Shown here in pieces: positions 37,411-51,249 of a DNA stretch of 64,000 nucleotides. Position numbers and translations under genes: made by a program. This DNA comes from Squalus acanthias (Eukaryota): positions 15,004,001 through 15,068,000 of the forward strand of contig CM059449.1 of NCBI GenBank assembly GCA_030390025.1, read 5' to 3'. The notes beneath the pieces were generated by a model. The model was not told where the DNA came from. It saw only the letters and a list, made by a program, of their open reading frames with translations, and ran no database searches. Each line of letters opens with the position of its first letter. The stretch's first letter is position 1.

Positions 37411-37678
37411 GTGTGGGATACGTGGCTTTGTCAATATGGGCATTGAATACAAAAACAAGGAAGTCAAGCTAAGCCTATTCTAAGCACTGGTTAGGCCTCA
37501 GCTGGTGTATTGTGTACAATTCTGGGCACCACTCTTTAGGAAGGATGTCAAGGCCCTGGAGAGGCGGCAGAGAATATTTGGGGCGAATGACCTGTTTCTG
37601 TGCTGTAAATTACATGCCATTCTCTGCCCAAACATCGCACCATTAGTCTGCTCGCCTTGTACTAACAATCTATAACAG

Positions 37679-37977
37679 TTGCCAGATAATAATTTGCCGT
37701 TCGTACCATTAGCTCTCATTATCCTATCTGTGCTACATCATTGTCCTCATCATTGGTGTCAAGACTGCACATCTGATGGACAAATCTAGGCCCACAGGGC
37801 GAGGAGCTCCTAGAATCAATATACCGTTGATGAGATTGTTAGAGACTCGGAAAATAAGACTTTGTAGGAATGCTGTCTTTAAACGTACGTCTCCTTGAGC
37901 CTGTTGGCAAAGAGAGCATATATGTGTTTATAGTACCGAGACACCTTGGTGAAGGACCAAGTCTCATCGTGGAGAGG
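37679..37977 (+). pseudogene. Possible decayed V(J) exon
   Basis: tactaac...taacag acceptor, phase 1. One frame with several stops reads C-x15-W...QGEE...YR...DF..MLSLNVRLLEP...SIYVF...GEGPSLIVE. Confidence 0.45.
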
Positions 37978-38619
37978 ATCCGCCAAGGCTCAAAGCAATC
38001 GGATGGGAATATTATGGCCTGCAATACCTATGATTTCTAAGGGGTCTGGCTAAATTCATGGGAAGGAAGGTTTTAAAGGCACGGGGCGGGATGGTCAGGA
38101 GAATAGGGTAACAGTAGCTAGCTCCTGTGCAAGAGCTATAGTGGGTGCATGCGCGATGGGGCGAATAAACTCCTAAGCTACAATTTCTATGATTCAGAGT
38201 CCAAACAGACCGTCCACATCCCATGAACAAATCAAAAAAATCAACCAATCTCTAACATGTGCAGAGGTTGCTTGTTGCTCGGCAGAACCCAGCTCTACAG
38301 CAGCAGCAGAACTCGGCTTTCCCAATTTCTCACCGTTCCACAAAGGAATGAGTCTGAAACAAGGTCGTGTGAGAGCTTTTAATGATGAAACTATAGTTAG
38401 CCAAAAGAAGCTCGGCAGAGTAAACATTGCGAGAGCGAAGGTCAGACTCCGGCAAAGGGACAAAGTTATCAATTATGCTTCCGAAAATGAAATCAATCAA
38501 CTCAATAATTCTCCATCGTTCAGCCAGATTAGTCAAACTTTGAATCGGCGATCAATGAAATATTCCCCAAGAAGTAAATCAGTCTTCGGTCTATCGATTC
38601 ATCTGTCTATCTAACTATG

Positions 38620-39020
38620 AATTAGTTAATCAATAAGTGAATAAATCAATCGGACATTCAATCGAGAGATTTGCAGTTAATCGACCAGTCGAATGATCTA
38701 TCGATCAGTCCAGTGATCAGTAAATCAAGCAATGGCTCCTCAAACAATCGGACAAACGCCAATCGGTCAGTTGGCCAATCGGCTGATCGATTAACAGTGA
38801 ATTAATCAATTGGTTTCAGTCAATGAATCAATCTTCCACTTATTCAAAAGATGAATCGTTAATTAATCCTAAATCAATCAAACAATTTTCAACCAATCCT
38901 CAGATGCTCCGACTTTCAGTCTACTAATCAATCCTCAACCGGTCAGTCAATCAATCTATTAATAAGTCAATTAGTGAATTCGTAAGCCAGCAAATAGCTC
39001 AGTCAGTGAATGATTGAAAC
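38620..39020. repeat. Degenerate (AATC/AGTC/GATC)n tetranucleotide-derived tract
   Basis: Recurrent aatcaatc, agtcagtc and atcgatc words. Confidence 0.6.
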
Positions 39021-40429
39021 CACTGTTGTGAGCATTGGATCGCGGATCGGGAGGGGCGAAGCTGTGCGTGTCACAGTCTGAGACAGGACAATTAGCCACC
39101 CAGGAGTTGGTCAGTGTCCCAGTATTAAAACCACCATTACATTGTTGCCAATAATTAACCCACAACATTACTACTTTGGAGTATTAACTGTATAGTTTAC
39201 ATGAAAATTCTTGAGAATAATTAATTGAAAACTCCATCACACAGTAGCCTACCCGCGTTTTCTCGTTTAGGAAGAAAAGAAGGAGTTGCATTTATATAGC
39301 GCCTTTCATCTCCTCAGGACGTCGCAAAGCGATTTACAGCCAATGAAGTACTTTTTGGACTGCAGTCACTGTTGTAATGTCGGAAACGCGGCAGTTAATT
39401 TGTGCTCAGCAAGCGCCCACAAACAGCAATGTGATCAACTGTTTTGTCGTGATGTTGATTGAGGGATAAATATTGACCAGGTCATAGGGAGAACTCTCCC
39501 TGCTCTTCTTCGAAATAGTACCATGGGATCTTTTACCTGAGAGAGCAGACAGGGCCTCGGTTTAACGTCTCATCCGAAAGAAGGCACATCCGACAGTGCA
39601 GCGCTCCATCAGCACTGCCACTGGACTGTCTGCATAGATTTTTGTGCTCAAGTCTCTGGAGGGAGACTTGAACCCACGACCTTCAGAGACTCGGGTGCTA
39701 CCCACTGAGCCACAGCTGAATCGTAAAGGGGTCCTGTTCCTTAATTTTACTTCACACGCACATAGTCAAGAGTTCCCTTTTCAGCTTACCTAATGTGCGA
39801 TGAGGTTTCCTTTCCCGATCGTTGCTCTCTCTGAAGAATTTGTCACATTGCGTGTACACACACACATATAGATATATATATATACATAAATCTAACTGCA
39901 ACAGCAGTGCTGGGCTGACTGGGCGTGTATGAGCGCACGTGTGTGAGAGAAAGGTCTGTACAGATTGTGTACGTGCGAATCAGAAGGATAGTAAGGGCTT
40001 TCTGCACAGTGTATCTGACAGTTTGTCAGGGTCTGCAGCGACCTGCGAGCTATTGACGTTCGTGGCCCTGGTGTCAGTCAACACGTAGACTCGGCTCTGC
40101 GGTCAGCTGCGTGCCAAGACTGAAGCTGTGTGGGCGTCCAGCGCTTCGCTGCCCAGTCCAACCTGTTAACCTCAGCGAGTGTTTTGAAAACTCGCAGATG
40201 AAGTCCTGTAAATTATTCTAGCGAGATCGACAACTGACTGAAATGTGGTTATCGCTGAACGCTACAAGTGGGGAACCACACGGACAGATTATGAGGTTTG
40301 AACTGTGAGTGGGTAACTGCAGAGAATCATCTCGCAAATATTTCCACTGCTTTAGTGTGAGGCCTATTTTGCGTTAAAGCAAATCTAGTGGCCAATGATA
40401 TATTAAATAGGGAATTCAGAAGAAGCTTC

Positions 40430-41027
40430 TTATAGAATCATAGAATGGTTAGAGCACAGAAGGAGACCATTCGGACCGTCGAGCCAGTGCAGGCTCTCAG
40501 AACTTCAGTTAGTAACCCCCCCCTCCCCCCGCGCCCTTTGTCCGTAGCCCCGCATTTTTTTTCTTCTGGTACTTATCCAATTCTCTTTTGGAAGCCACGA
40601 TTAAATCTGCCTCCACCACCCTTTCAGGCAGTGAATTCCAGATCCTAACCACTCGCTGTTTAAAAAAGTTTTTCCTCATGTCGCCTTTGGTTCTTCTGCC
40701 AATCATCTTAAATCTGTGTCCTCTGGTTCTCGACCCTTCCGCCAATGGGAATAATTTCTCTCTATCTACTCTGTCTAGACCCCTCATGATTTTGAACAGC
40801 TCTATCAAATCTGCTGTCAATTTTCTCTGCTCTAGGGAGAACAACCCCAGCTTCTCTGGTCTATCCACGGAACGGAATTTCCTCATCCCTGGAACAATTC
40901 TTGTAAATCTTTTCTGCACCCTCTCTAAAGCCTTTACATCTTTCCTTAGGTACGGTGCCCAGAATAGGACACAATACTCCAGTTGTGGCTGAACCAGTGT
41001 ATCATAAAGGTTCATCATAACTTCCAT
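40430..41027 (-). mobile_element. CR1 3' fragment abutting the left edge of copy B
   Basis: ORF 40509-41027. Confidence 0.9.
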
Positions 41028-41853
41028 TGATATGAAAAGGAAAATCGGGTGGGGTTTATTTCAGGCTGCCGATCCGCCACTGCCCGTTTTCCGCTCCCAA
41101 AGGAAGTTGACATTTGACCCTGCTGTCCTTTTTCCAGGTGCTCTCCCCTATTTGTAACTACAGTGTTGATTTATCCCAGTATAGGCTCTGGTCGTCCTAC
41201 CGCAGCATTATAGTTTCTTGGGACAGATAACTCTTAAAAGTACACGATATTTAAAAAAAAGTTTGGCTGGAATAAGTAGCAAAAAGCACTGATCATGTCG
41301 TGCCCGTCGAAACCGCTCTGAAAGTGAAAGGCATGCTGTTGAATTTACACAACTGGGCTCAGCACCATTCCGTGACATGTGGCCAACACATGTTCATGTT
41401 TTAGACAATTGCCAGGCACTATTCATTTAAGTCAAACCCGAGTACTATCACCGGTTCTCATTTACAAACTCTGCGCCCTCTCAGTTCATTCTAATAAATT
41501 TGTCATTGTTTAAACAGGTGCAAGATGAGTTCCAATCCCCCGGGTTCGTAAACACCCACTGAAATTAGTGAAGGATGAAACTGAACTGCGAGGCGTTATT
41601 CCTTTGTTTCAATGTACCCCTTGTGTAATGTTAAAGTAGTGCTTCTTTCTTAAATATTCTTAAAATATGACGTTTCCGACTACAATTGGAAAACGTGCTT
41701 CGTGAACAGAGCTCTACTGTGCGGTGTTAAAGCACCAGAAGGTTTCGTCATATAAGTGAGCGTCTGTTGTGGGATGTTTGTTACACTTAACAGCACTTTG
41801 GAACGCTGCAGGTCAGATGTTAGCTCGTAGAGTCCTACGGAGCAAGAATGAAA

Positions 41854-44800
41854 ATGCAAACTATTCACATGTGGATGTTCTTGAATTGACGGACCATACT
41901 TTTGCATGTCGGTGAGCCGCTGTCTTCTGATGTACACATTTTAATGTTTTTTCGGGTTTTTTAAATTCGCTTATGGGTTCTGTGCGTCGCTGGCAAGGCC
42001 AGCATTTATTGCCCATCCATAATTGCCCTTAAGAAGGTGGTGGTGAGCCGCCTTCTTGAACCGCTGCAGTCCTTGTGGTGAAGGTACTCCCACAGTGCTG
42101 TTAGGGAGGGAGTTCCAGCTTTTTGATCCAGCGACGATGAAGGATGGTGTGTGACTTGGAGGGGAACTTCGAGGTGCTGGTGTTCCCATGCGCCTGCTGC
42201 CCTTGTCCTTCTCGGTGGAAGAAGTCGCGGGGTTGGGAGGTGCTGCCAAAGAAGCCTTGGCGAGTTGATGCAGTGCATCTTGTAGATGGTACACACTGCA
42301 GCCACGGTACGCCGGAGGTGGAGGGAGTGAATGTTTAAGATGGTGGATGGGGTGCCAATCAAGTGGGCTGCCTTGTCCTGGATGGTGTTCGAGCTTCTTG
42401 ATTGTTGTTGGAGCTGCACTCATCCAGGCAAGTGAAGAGTATTCCATCACACTCCTTACTTGTGCCTTGTAGATGGTGGAAATTCTATATTTATTAAGGC
42501 GTACGATTATTTGGTTGGGCAGGTTGTTTCCTTATGCAGAACTAATATATAACGAAGTTACATTGTTAAAGATAAATTGTTTTATTTTATTATGCTGTGT
42601 TACTTTGCGTTGAATCCACCATTTCAACGGTATAAGCATTTTATCTTTCGGGGAACTTTATATATATATTATACACATTAGCGTTCTCCTCCATGCAGAT
42701 GCTGTAAATTGCATTATACAATTAACATAATTAATAGGGCCTACTAAAATGTACTGATGGAAATAAATTAACTCACGGACTCCTAACCGACTGTGTTACA
42801 CATGGAATTATCTGACATGTTATACCTTCTACTCGACAATTCGACGTCTTTGCGTTCTACACAATTTATTCCTTTAGCAAAAAGTTGAGATACAACACAT
42901 TTCCAAAAGTTCCCATACTTACAATTGACATAATAGAAAGGACAGATTTCCTTCTTAAATGATTAAAGATGACAGAAGTGAAATCTTCCCCCAGTAGGAG
43001 GGTGAAATAGAACTGCGTTGGGAAGTGGTGATTATATTATGTCAATCATTTTGCAAAGAAAACCAAGTGCGTGAAAATACAACAGATCCCCCTTTATAAA
43101 GTGACAATTGCCTCTAAGTTTTGCACCATAAAGTTCTGAATATATACAGCTGTTCAATCTGATTATGGACTGCAATTTCCCAAAGTTCCGTTGAGAAACT
43201 GGAAAAGGACCCAATGTAATGACAGCTGAATACCGGTTTGTAGCTCAATGATTGATGGATCAATCAGCATTTTAATTTCTTCATAACAGCTTGTAAATTG
43301 TGGGACACAAGAGATCATTATGTCCAAAAAAAACCTGTCCCTGTTTGACAGATCAATGCTTCTTTCTCCAGAAACACACATGTTGTCGCTTGAATCTATT
43401 TGTACTGCCCACTCCCACGGCCGTCTCCAGTAACTTGTTCCACAAATCCCTTCTTCTATAGGCGAACAGTTTCCGCCTGACTTCCCTTCTTACAGCTAAC
43501 TAGTTAACGTCTAAAGTGTGACCCTTGGAAATTAGATCCTTCCCCGCAGTGAGCGATCTATCTGGGCTCAATTCATAATAATTGTACAACGCTAACTGAG
43601 AGGTTGCGGTATTTCATGTACGGATACATTGATCCAAATTTATTCTGACAAAAAAGGACACCCAGTAACATCAATTAGTGATGGTGAAAAATACTTTAAT
43701 TTGAGCTTCGCCCCTCGTGGCAGATGACATTTAACGCAGGAAAGTGCGAAGTGATACATTTTGGTCGGAGGAACGAGGAGAGGCAAAATAAACTGAAGGT
43801 TACGATCCTAATGTGGGTGCCTGAACAGTGAGACCTGGGGGTATATGTGCACAAATCATTGAAGGTGGCAGGGCAGGTTGACAAAGCGGTTAACAAAGCA
43901 TACAGGATACTGGGCTTCATAAATAGAGGCATAGAGTACGAAAGCAAGGGAGTTACGATGAACCTTTATAAAACACTGGTTCGGCCTCAACTGCAGTATT
44001 GTGCCAATTCTGGGCACCGCACTTTAGGAATGAAGTGAAGGCCTCAGAAAGGGTGAAGAAAAGATTTACGAGAATGGTTCGGGGATGAGGAACTTCAGTT
44101 ACGTGGATAGACGGGAGAAGTCGGCGTTCTTCTCTTTAGAGCAGAGAAGGTTGAGAAGAGATCTGATAGAGGTGTTCAAAATCATGAAGGGTCTCGACAG
44201 AGTAGATAGAAACTGTTCCCATTGGCGGAAGGGTTGAGAACTAGAAGACACAGATTTTAGGCGATTGGCAAAAGAACCAAAGGCGAAATGAGAAAAACCT
44301 TTTTACTCAGCGAGTGATTAGGATCTGGAATGCACTGCCTGAAAGTGTGGTGGAGGCAGATTCAATCGTGGCTTTCAAAAAGGAGTTAGATAAGTACCTG
44401 AAGGAAAAAAAATGCAGAGCTACGGGGAAAGGGCGGGGGAGTGGGACTAGCTAAAGTGCTCTTGCGTAGAGCCGGCACGGGCTCAACGGGCCGAATGGGC
44501 TCCTTCTGTGCTGTAACCATTCTATGATTCTCTGCTGGTCTGTAAATCTGTAGGTCACTATTGACAGATTGCATTGTTCCATTTATACTCTAGACAATGG
44601 GTTGATGAGTGAGATCAGAGTGTTCCAGTCCCCAGATACCATTAATGTAACAGAAGGAGGATCGGTGCAGTTGAACTGCACTTTCGAAGCGAATGGTTCT
44701 GTTGGACAAGATGTTTGGAGGCAGGCCTCACAAAGCATGGAAGTGTCGGTTCGGAATCCTTTCTATCAGAGCCGGATAACGAAAACAGGGACGAAATTAT

Positions 44801-47129
44801 TTACCGAAAGAATGGCTTTCCTTGAAATCATCAATTTAATGACAATGGACTCAGATTTTTAGTACTGCGAGGTGGAAATTGCGGCGGTTGGGAAAGCAAG
44901 CGGGACAGGAACACAACTTATAATAACTGACAGTGAGCAGAAAAGATCAGAGTTCGTTTTAAGAATTTATCAATATTTTGACATTGGTATGGCTGTACAT
45001 GTGCTATGCAAAGAGATTTCAGTTCTGTGTGCTGAATTGTGTCCGTGTGTCAGTATCACTTTCAAAGTACATCGAGCACATTTGGTCGACAATTAATATC
45101 CTGAAAGTGCCATATATCTGACTTGAATCTGACTATTCAAGGCGCGGTGCTTTAGGAATAGGAATACACGAGCTTCAGGCTACTTCCCCACCCCCACCAC
45201 CCCACCACCTGAAGGGGAGGGTTATCTCAAAATAGAACTTCGCATTATCCCTTGAGTTTCTTGCTTGGCACCTTACATATCTCTGTTAAGGCAGCTATGT
45301 TCGTCCCTTTTTACAAAGCTAACGAGTCCGAACTCTTCTAGTCTTTATTCTCTCTCATAACCTCGCACTGGAACTCGAGGGAACAGGCTAGCGTTCACTC
45401 CACCTCCGGGACTTGCATGTCTCCCTTGAGCCTGAGTGACCAGAAATAAGCACAATACTCAAGATGCTATATGACCAGAGCACTGTACGGTTGGATCCCG
45501 CACCATATAAAAGGAAACATGCCTTCTATATTTTTTATTCGTTCATGGGATGTGGAATTCGCTGGCAAGGCCAGCATTTATTGCCCATCCCTAATTGCAC
45601 TTGAGAAGGTGGTGGTGAGCCACCTTCTTGAACCGCTGCAGTCCGTGTGGTGAAGGCACTCCCACAGTGCTGTTAGGGCGGGAGTTCCAAGATTTTGACC
45701 CAGCGACGATGAAGGATCGGCGATATACTTCTAAATCAAGATGGTGTGTGACTTGGAGGGGAACTTGGAGGTGATGGTGTTCCCATGCGCCTGCTGCCCT
45801 TGTCCTTCCAGGCGGTAGAGGTCGCGAGTTTGGGAGCTGCTGCTGGAGAAGCCTTGGCGAGTTTAATGAAATAGGCTTCAGGTAGAATTTACTGTTTTCG
45901 ATATAAGCCTTTATTTTAAACAGGTTAGCGTCTTGGTTAAAATGAAGGGTATGTGGAACGACAGTATTGCAAAAAATAATTATAGTTTTTTTCAGTTTCC
46001 ACGGGGATGCATTACCTTAGATTACATATAAAAATAGGAAACGGCCTTTCTGTAAGGTATAGAACGCCGCTGGAATGTTATTTCAGTTTTCATGTCCTAT
46101 AACTGAGCAATCCAAATTAAATTATTAAATTGCGAACTAGTGGTCTTCGTTATGTGGATTTCTGATTTCAATTGATGGGCGGTGGTGGGGGGCGTGGGGG
46201 GGGGGTGGGCGGGGTGATCGCCTGTTATACACTCCGCCCAGTAATGCGTCCAATTGCCTTAAAATAAAACTGAATATTGGGCGCACCAAAGCCAAATGCT
46301 GCGGATGCTGGAAATCTGAAATAAGAAAGAGAAAATGCTGGAAAATACTCAGCAGTTCAGGCAGCATCAGTGGTGAGTGAGAAACAGAGATAACTTTTCA
46401 GGTTTCGGAAAGAAGGGCAACGACCCGAAACTTAAACTCTGTTTCTCTATCTCTGCCTGCAGATGATGCCTGACCTGCTGAGTGTTTCCAGCATTTTCTG
46501 CTTTTTATATTGAATATTGGGCGTGTTGTACAGCGGTCGGCCAATATGATTCTGTCTGCCTTGCGAGCCTGTCCATGTCCAATTTCACCCCTATAACAAC
46601 ACAAAAACAGAAAATGTTGGAAATACTCAGCAGGTCAGGCAGCATCCGTGGAGAGAGAAACAGATTTAACGTTTCAGGTAGATGACCCTTCGTCAGAACT
46701 GGAAAAAGTTGGAGATGGAACAGGTTATTAAGCAAGTGTAGGGCCAGGGAAAGCGGGGAGGGGAGGAAAGAACAAAAGGGAAGGTCTGTGATAGGATGGA
46801 AGGCAGGAGAGATTAAGAGACACAAGGGATGATGGTGCAAGGCAAAAGGAGATTTTAATGGGACAAGTTAAGAAACAAAGGATGACTCTAGATGAAGTGT
46901 AAATGGCAATGGCTGAATGATCGACCACCCCACCATTTTTTTGCATTATCTTTCACTTCAACCAAGCGCCACCATACTGACTATATCATTGTTTCTGTTT
47001 CTAACAGGAGCTAGAGTCGAGCCTATCTGCAATTTCCCCACTCTCAGCGCTGGATTACAAGTTACAAAAACGGAGCTGCTGATCATTCTCATAATCACAG
47101 GCCTGACGACGTACCTCTGTCCCACGTAG
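41854..47129 (+). pseudogene. Gene P2: pseudogene paralogue of P1 (exons 41854-41911, 44594-44932, 47008-47129)
   Basis: TGA at 41887-41889 in the leader (TTA in P1). TAG at 44860-44862 replaces the Tyr of the Y-x-C motif. V to E change in the TM. Confidence 0.88.
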
Positions 47130-47354
47130 GGAAAAATAGACTTTGATTTATAACAAGATACATCTGCAAACGCTGTTGGAAAAGATGTCCAAAGTCGATG
47201 TAAATTTTCTCAGGAAGTTCTTTATGTTGCCCATGGTCGATATCTTTGTGTTACAGCATTGCATGGATGTGGATTAAAGCATGGGCGAGGATAGATATCG
47301 TTTTTATTACAAAATATTTCAATTAATTTTACTGCACCGTCAACATAATAACTA

Positions 47355-47564
47355 TGATGTGGAGATGCCGGTGTTGGACTGGGGTGGACAAATGTGAGAA
47401 GTCGCACAACACCAGGTTATAGTCCAGCAGCTTTATTTGAAATCACAAGCTTTCGGAGCGCTGCTCCTTTGTCAGGAGAAGTCACCTGACGAAGGAGCGG
47501 CGCTCCGAAAGCTTGTGATTTCAAATAAAGCTGTTGCACTATAACCTGGTGTCGTGCGACTTCT
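47355..47564. mobile_element. 210-bp fold-back Penelope-derived insertion with 13-bp TSD and two opposed hammerhead motifs, copy B only
   Basis: TSD AACATAATAACTA at 47342 and 47565; empty site at ~21881 in A; same termini as 31857-33070. Confidence 0.85.
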
Positions 47565-47719
47565 AACATAATAACTAGCAGATGTCATTCTGTTTGAGAG
47601 ACGTTTTTAATTTAAAAAATGACAAATGCATAGATTTTTTTAACTGTCATGTTCGGTATAAAATGTCCAGTTTGTGCATGATCATTAATGTTACAGCAAA
47701 TGTTCTTTTACCCTACGAA

Positions 47720-48208
47720 ACTCGGCAGGCCGTGTCCTAACTCGCACCAAGTCCCAGCTCCCCTGTGCTCGCTGACCTACATTGGATCACGGTTAAGCAG
47801 CGCCTCGATTTCAAAATTCTCATCCTTGTTTTGAAATCCCTCCATGGCCTCGCCCCTCCCTATTGCTGTAATGTCCTTCAGCCCCCCAACCCCCCCGAGA
47901 TATCTGCGCTCCTCTAATTCTGCCCTCTTGAGCATCCCTGATTATAATCACTCAAGCATTGGTGGCCGTGCGTTCTGCTGCCTCGGCCCTATGCTCTGAA
48001 ATTCCCTGCCGAAACCTCTCCGCCTCGCTACCTCTCTTTCTTCCTTTAAGACGCTCCTTAAAACCTACCTCTTTGATCAAGCTTTTGCTCATCTGCCCTA
48101 ATTTCTCCCTATATGGCTCGGTGTAGATTTTTTTTGTCTTACAACAACATGGGACGTTTTACTGCGTAAAAGGCGCTATATACATACAAGTTGTTGTTGT
48201 TGTTGTTG
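47720..48208 (+). mobile_element. L2-type LINE 3' end with (GTT)n tail
   Basis: Encodes PVLADLHW..VKQRLDFKILIL..KSLHGLAP ... FKTLLKTYLF, typical of the L2 ORF2 end. Confidence 0.8.
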
Positions 48209-51200
48209 ATGAATCCCTTAAATGTCATTATAACAGCAGTTTTGTGCTGGTCAGGAGTCTTGATTACTCATCCTGTGACTCTAAAGAAGATCCACTTCCA
48301 CTGCCGAAGGATGAAATATCTGTTGGTAAATTACAATTCTCAAAGACTCCAGAACAGGTCCTTGGCTGCTTACATGGTAGAACTCAACTGACTTTACAAA
48401 AGCGACATTCTTATAACGTATTAAATCAACATGGTATTTTTATGCTATTATAAATGTCTTCTGGGACTGCTTTTGTTTATATTGCTAATTATTATGAAAG
48501 TTTTTGCTGTCTTTAATTCAATAGTGCTCGCCATGGGAATAACCTCCATACGTGCTTGCAATGCCTTTAACTGAATGCTGAACACGATCTATTCAAAATG
48601 CATGGATGCTTAAGTTGTGCTTTTTTATTGGCCCCTTTATGCGAGACATCTATTTTAATGTGACGTATCTACACCATGTATGAAAGGGCTCTTGGTATTT
48701 TTTCCCCGATTAAAGCGAACGCTTTCTTTCTCGTGTTTAATCCAAATTCTTCTTTACTTGCTGGGATCAGTAGAAGTTCCATCCTCTGCTTGTCAGTAAC
48801 AACTCGCGTGCAACCCAGTGCGTCCTGTAGGGGATTATAGGACTAGGCGTCACAGTTTAAAAATTAGAGCCAGACCCTGCGTGAGTGAAATTAGGAAACA
48901 CTTCTATACACAAAGGGTGGTACAAGTTTGGAACTCTCTTCTATAAACGGCAATTGTTAATTTTAAATCCGAGATTGATAGATTGCTGTTAACTAAACGT
49001 ATTAAGGGATATTGGGTCAAAAGTTGGGAAAAGCGAGAGTGGCCGGAGAGAGAGAGAGAGAGAGAGAGAGAGCGGGAAAAAGTGAGGCTGTGATTGGAGG
49101 ATCAGCGAGTACCAGGGGAGGTTGTGTGTGGAACTCAACAGCATGTGACAAGAAGGGGGAGGAGGCTGGAATAGGCCGCAGTGCCCCGGGAAAGACCGGA
49201 TTTAGAAAGTTAGAGTGCTGCAAATTCATCAGCCGAGGTTTGGGGAGTGAGTTGGCGGGTGGGGTGCGCTCGGGAAAATCCCCATTAGCCAGTCAGCCTC
49301 TGAGCAGAAGTTTGCGGGCCGGATGAAACTGGTGGAACGGGGAATGTGGGACCATAAATACACACGAATACCACCAACAGCAATTTCCAGGCCTAAAGTG
49401 ACAGTAATGTGCCTGATTCCACTGCTTCTGATCTGTGATGTACACCTACATCTGGACTCAGATTGTGCGGCTAAAGGTATCCCATTCATTAAGTTATTCA
49501 CATATACAGAATGGTACATGCACGATGGGCCGACCGCCCTCACTCTGTGCTGTATCATTGAATAGGAGGAACTAATGGAATGATGGAAGTGTTGATGTCC
49601 AGGTGTCCAACTCAGTTCCTGGCAGGCGTTGTGCACGACAGGGGCAATGAGAGCAAATGCAGCCATTGGAATAAAAAGTTGAAATCCGCTCTCATTTCCT
49701 TGGCCCAGGGCTGAAACCAGTCACAGATGAAAGACAGCTCCTTCTGCTGGCTTTGAGAGCCCCCTGAAAAATGCTGAACATAATAAGAAATAGGAGCCGA
49801 GTGAACAGTAACGAGTATGAACGCTCAACATGTTGGTTTTCATTTTAACAATGGCATGAACCAGTTTATTTTCCAGGATAGCCCGCCCCTTAATATAGGG
49901 GTCTAATACATTTCATACAAATGTGATAAATGTTCACAACTAACACTAAAGAGTCTAAAGAGTCCAATGTTAAAGCTCACTAACTAAGTTAGAGGACAAA
50001 ATATTCGCCTGGAAATTCCCATGGAGGGTTCTCCGATCATCCGCCGTTGAAGATGCCACAGAACACCCGAGCTACCGCCCAAGTTATGGCGGGAGATCGG
50101 GACAACTCTGCGGAAATTCCACCATTGTCCTTCGCGGGTGGGGGCAGGGACGTCTCATCATTGGGGTGAAATGTGTCGGCTCCTCTTACTTCACCGAAGC
50201 GTACAGCACCGCTTCTCGCTTCACACGGCGCTCAGTTTGATGCTGTCCTGAACATTCAGCGTGGCGTATTGCAACTTGTCATCTCCCTCTTTCTAGTGAG
50301 ATGAAAGTTTTTCAGTGTTGAATAAAATATTGTAAACTGAATATAGCGGAGGGCCTCAAACCCAGATGTTGTGCAGTTTCAATGGAATATAATTCAACCC
50401 ATTAAACATTCTACATATAATTAAAATATGACTCCACCTATCAAATATTGTTTCGTTAAATAGGATAGATCGCGCCGTCTTAAATATTCCTGTCTTTTTG
50501 AATATATTTCAGCGAGTTAACGATTGCACGAGTTAAGTAACAAATATAATGTTAAAATTCATGCCTTTAGAACAATTCACACTAAATGAATTCAGGAGCA
50601 GTGGGTCAGTCAGCATCTGGGCAAGGCAGATTAACATTTGGGAATAACTGTTCAGGAGCACTTTCCGTTGAAGGCAAAGAGCCAGCCCACCGGTTACCCT
50701 GTGTTTTCTCCTCCAGGTGCTGACTGACCTACTTTGCATATCCAGCATTTTCTGTTTCGGCTTCAGATTTCCTCCTTATCTCGACTTGTCAAAGTAGGTG
50801 TATTTTTGCGTGTGTATGCCTGGGTGCCCCTATTTTGGGGTCTATTTTAGTGTACTTAGGTGTATCTAGTGCTTTTTTTACTCATTCATGGGATGTGGGC
50901 GTCGCTGGCAAGGCCAGCATTTATTGCCCATCGCTAGTTGCCCTTGAGAAGGTGGTGGTGTGTCGCCTTCTTGAACCGCTGCAGTCAACCTACTCCCACA
51001 TTGTTTTTCATAGCGGTTTTTTAAAACTGAGTGGCCATTTTAGAGAACAGTTGAGAGTCAACCACATTGCTGTGGGTCTGGAGTCACATATAGGACAGAC
51101 CAGGTAAGGAAGGCAGATTTCCTTCCCTGAGGGGCATTAGTGAATAAGATGGGTTTTTACGATAATCCGATAGTTTCATGTCACCATTACTGATACTAGC

Positions 51201-51249
51201 TTTTTAGTGCAGATTTATTTCATTAAATTTAAATTCCCCAGTTGCTGTG

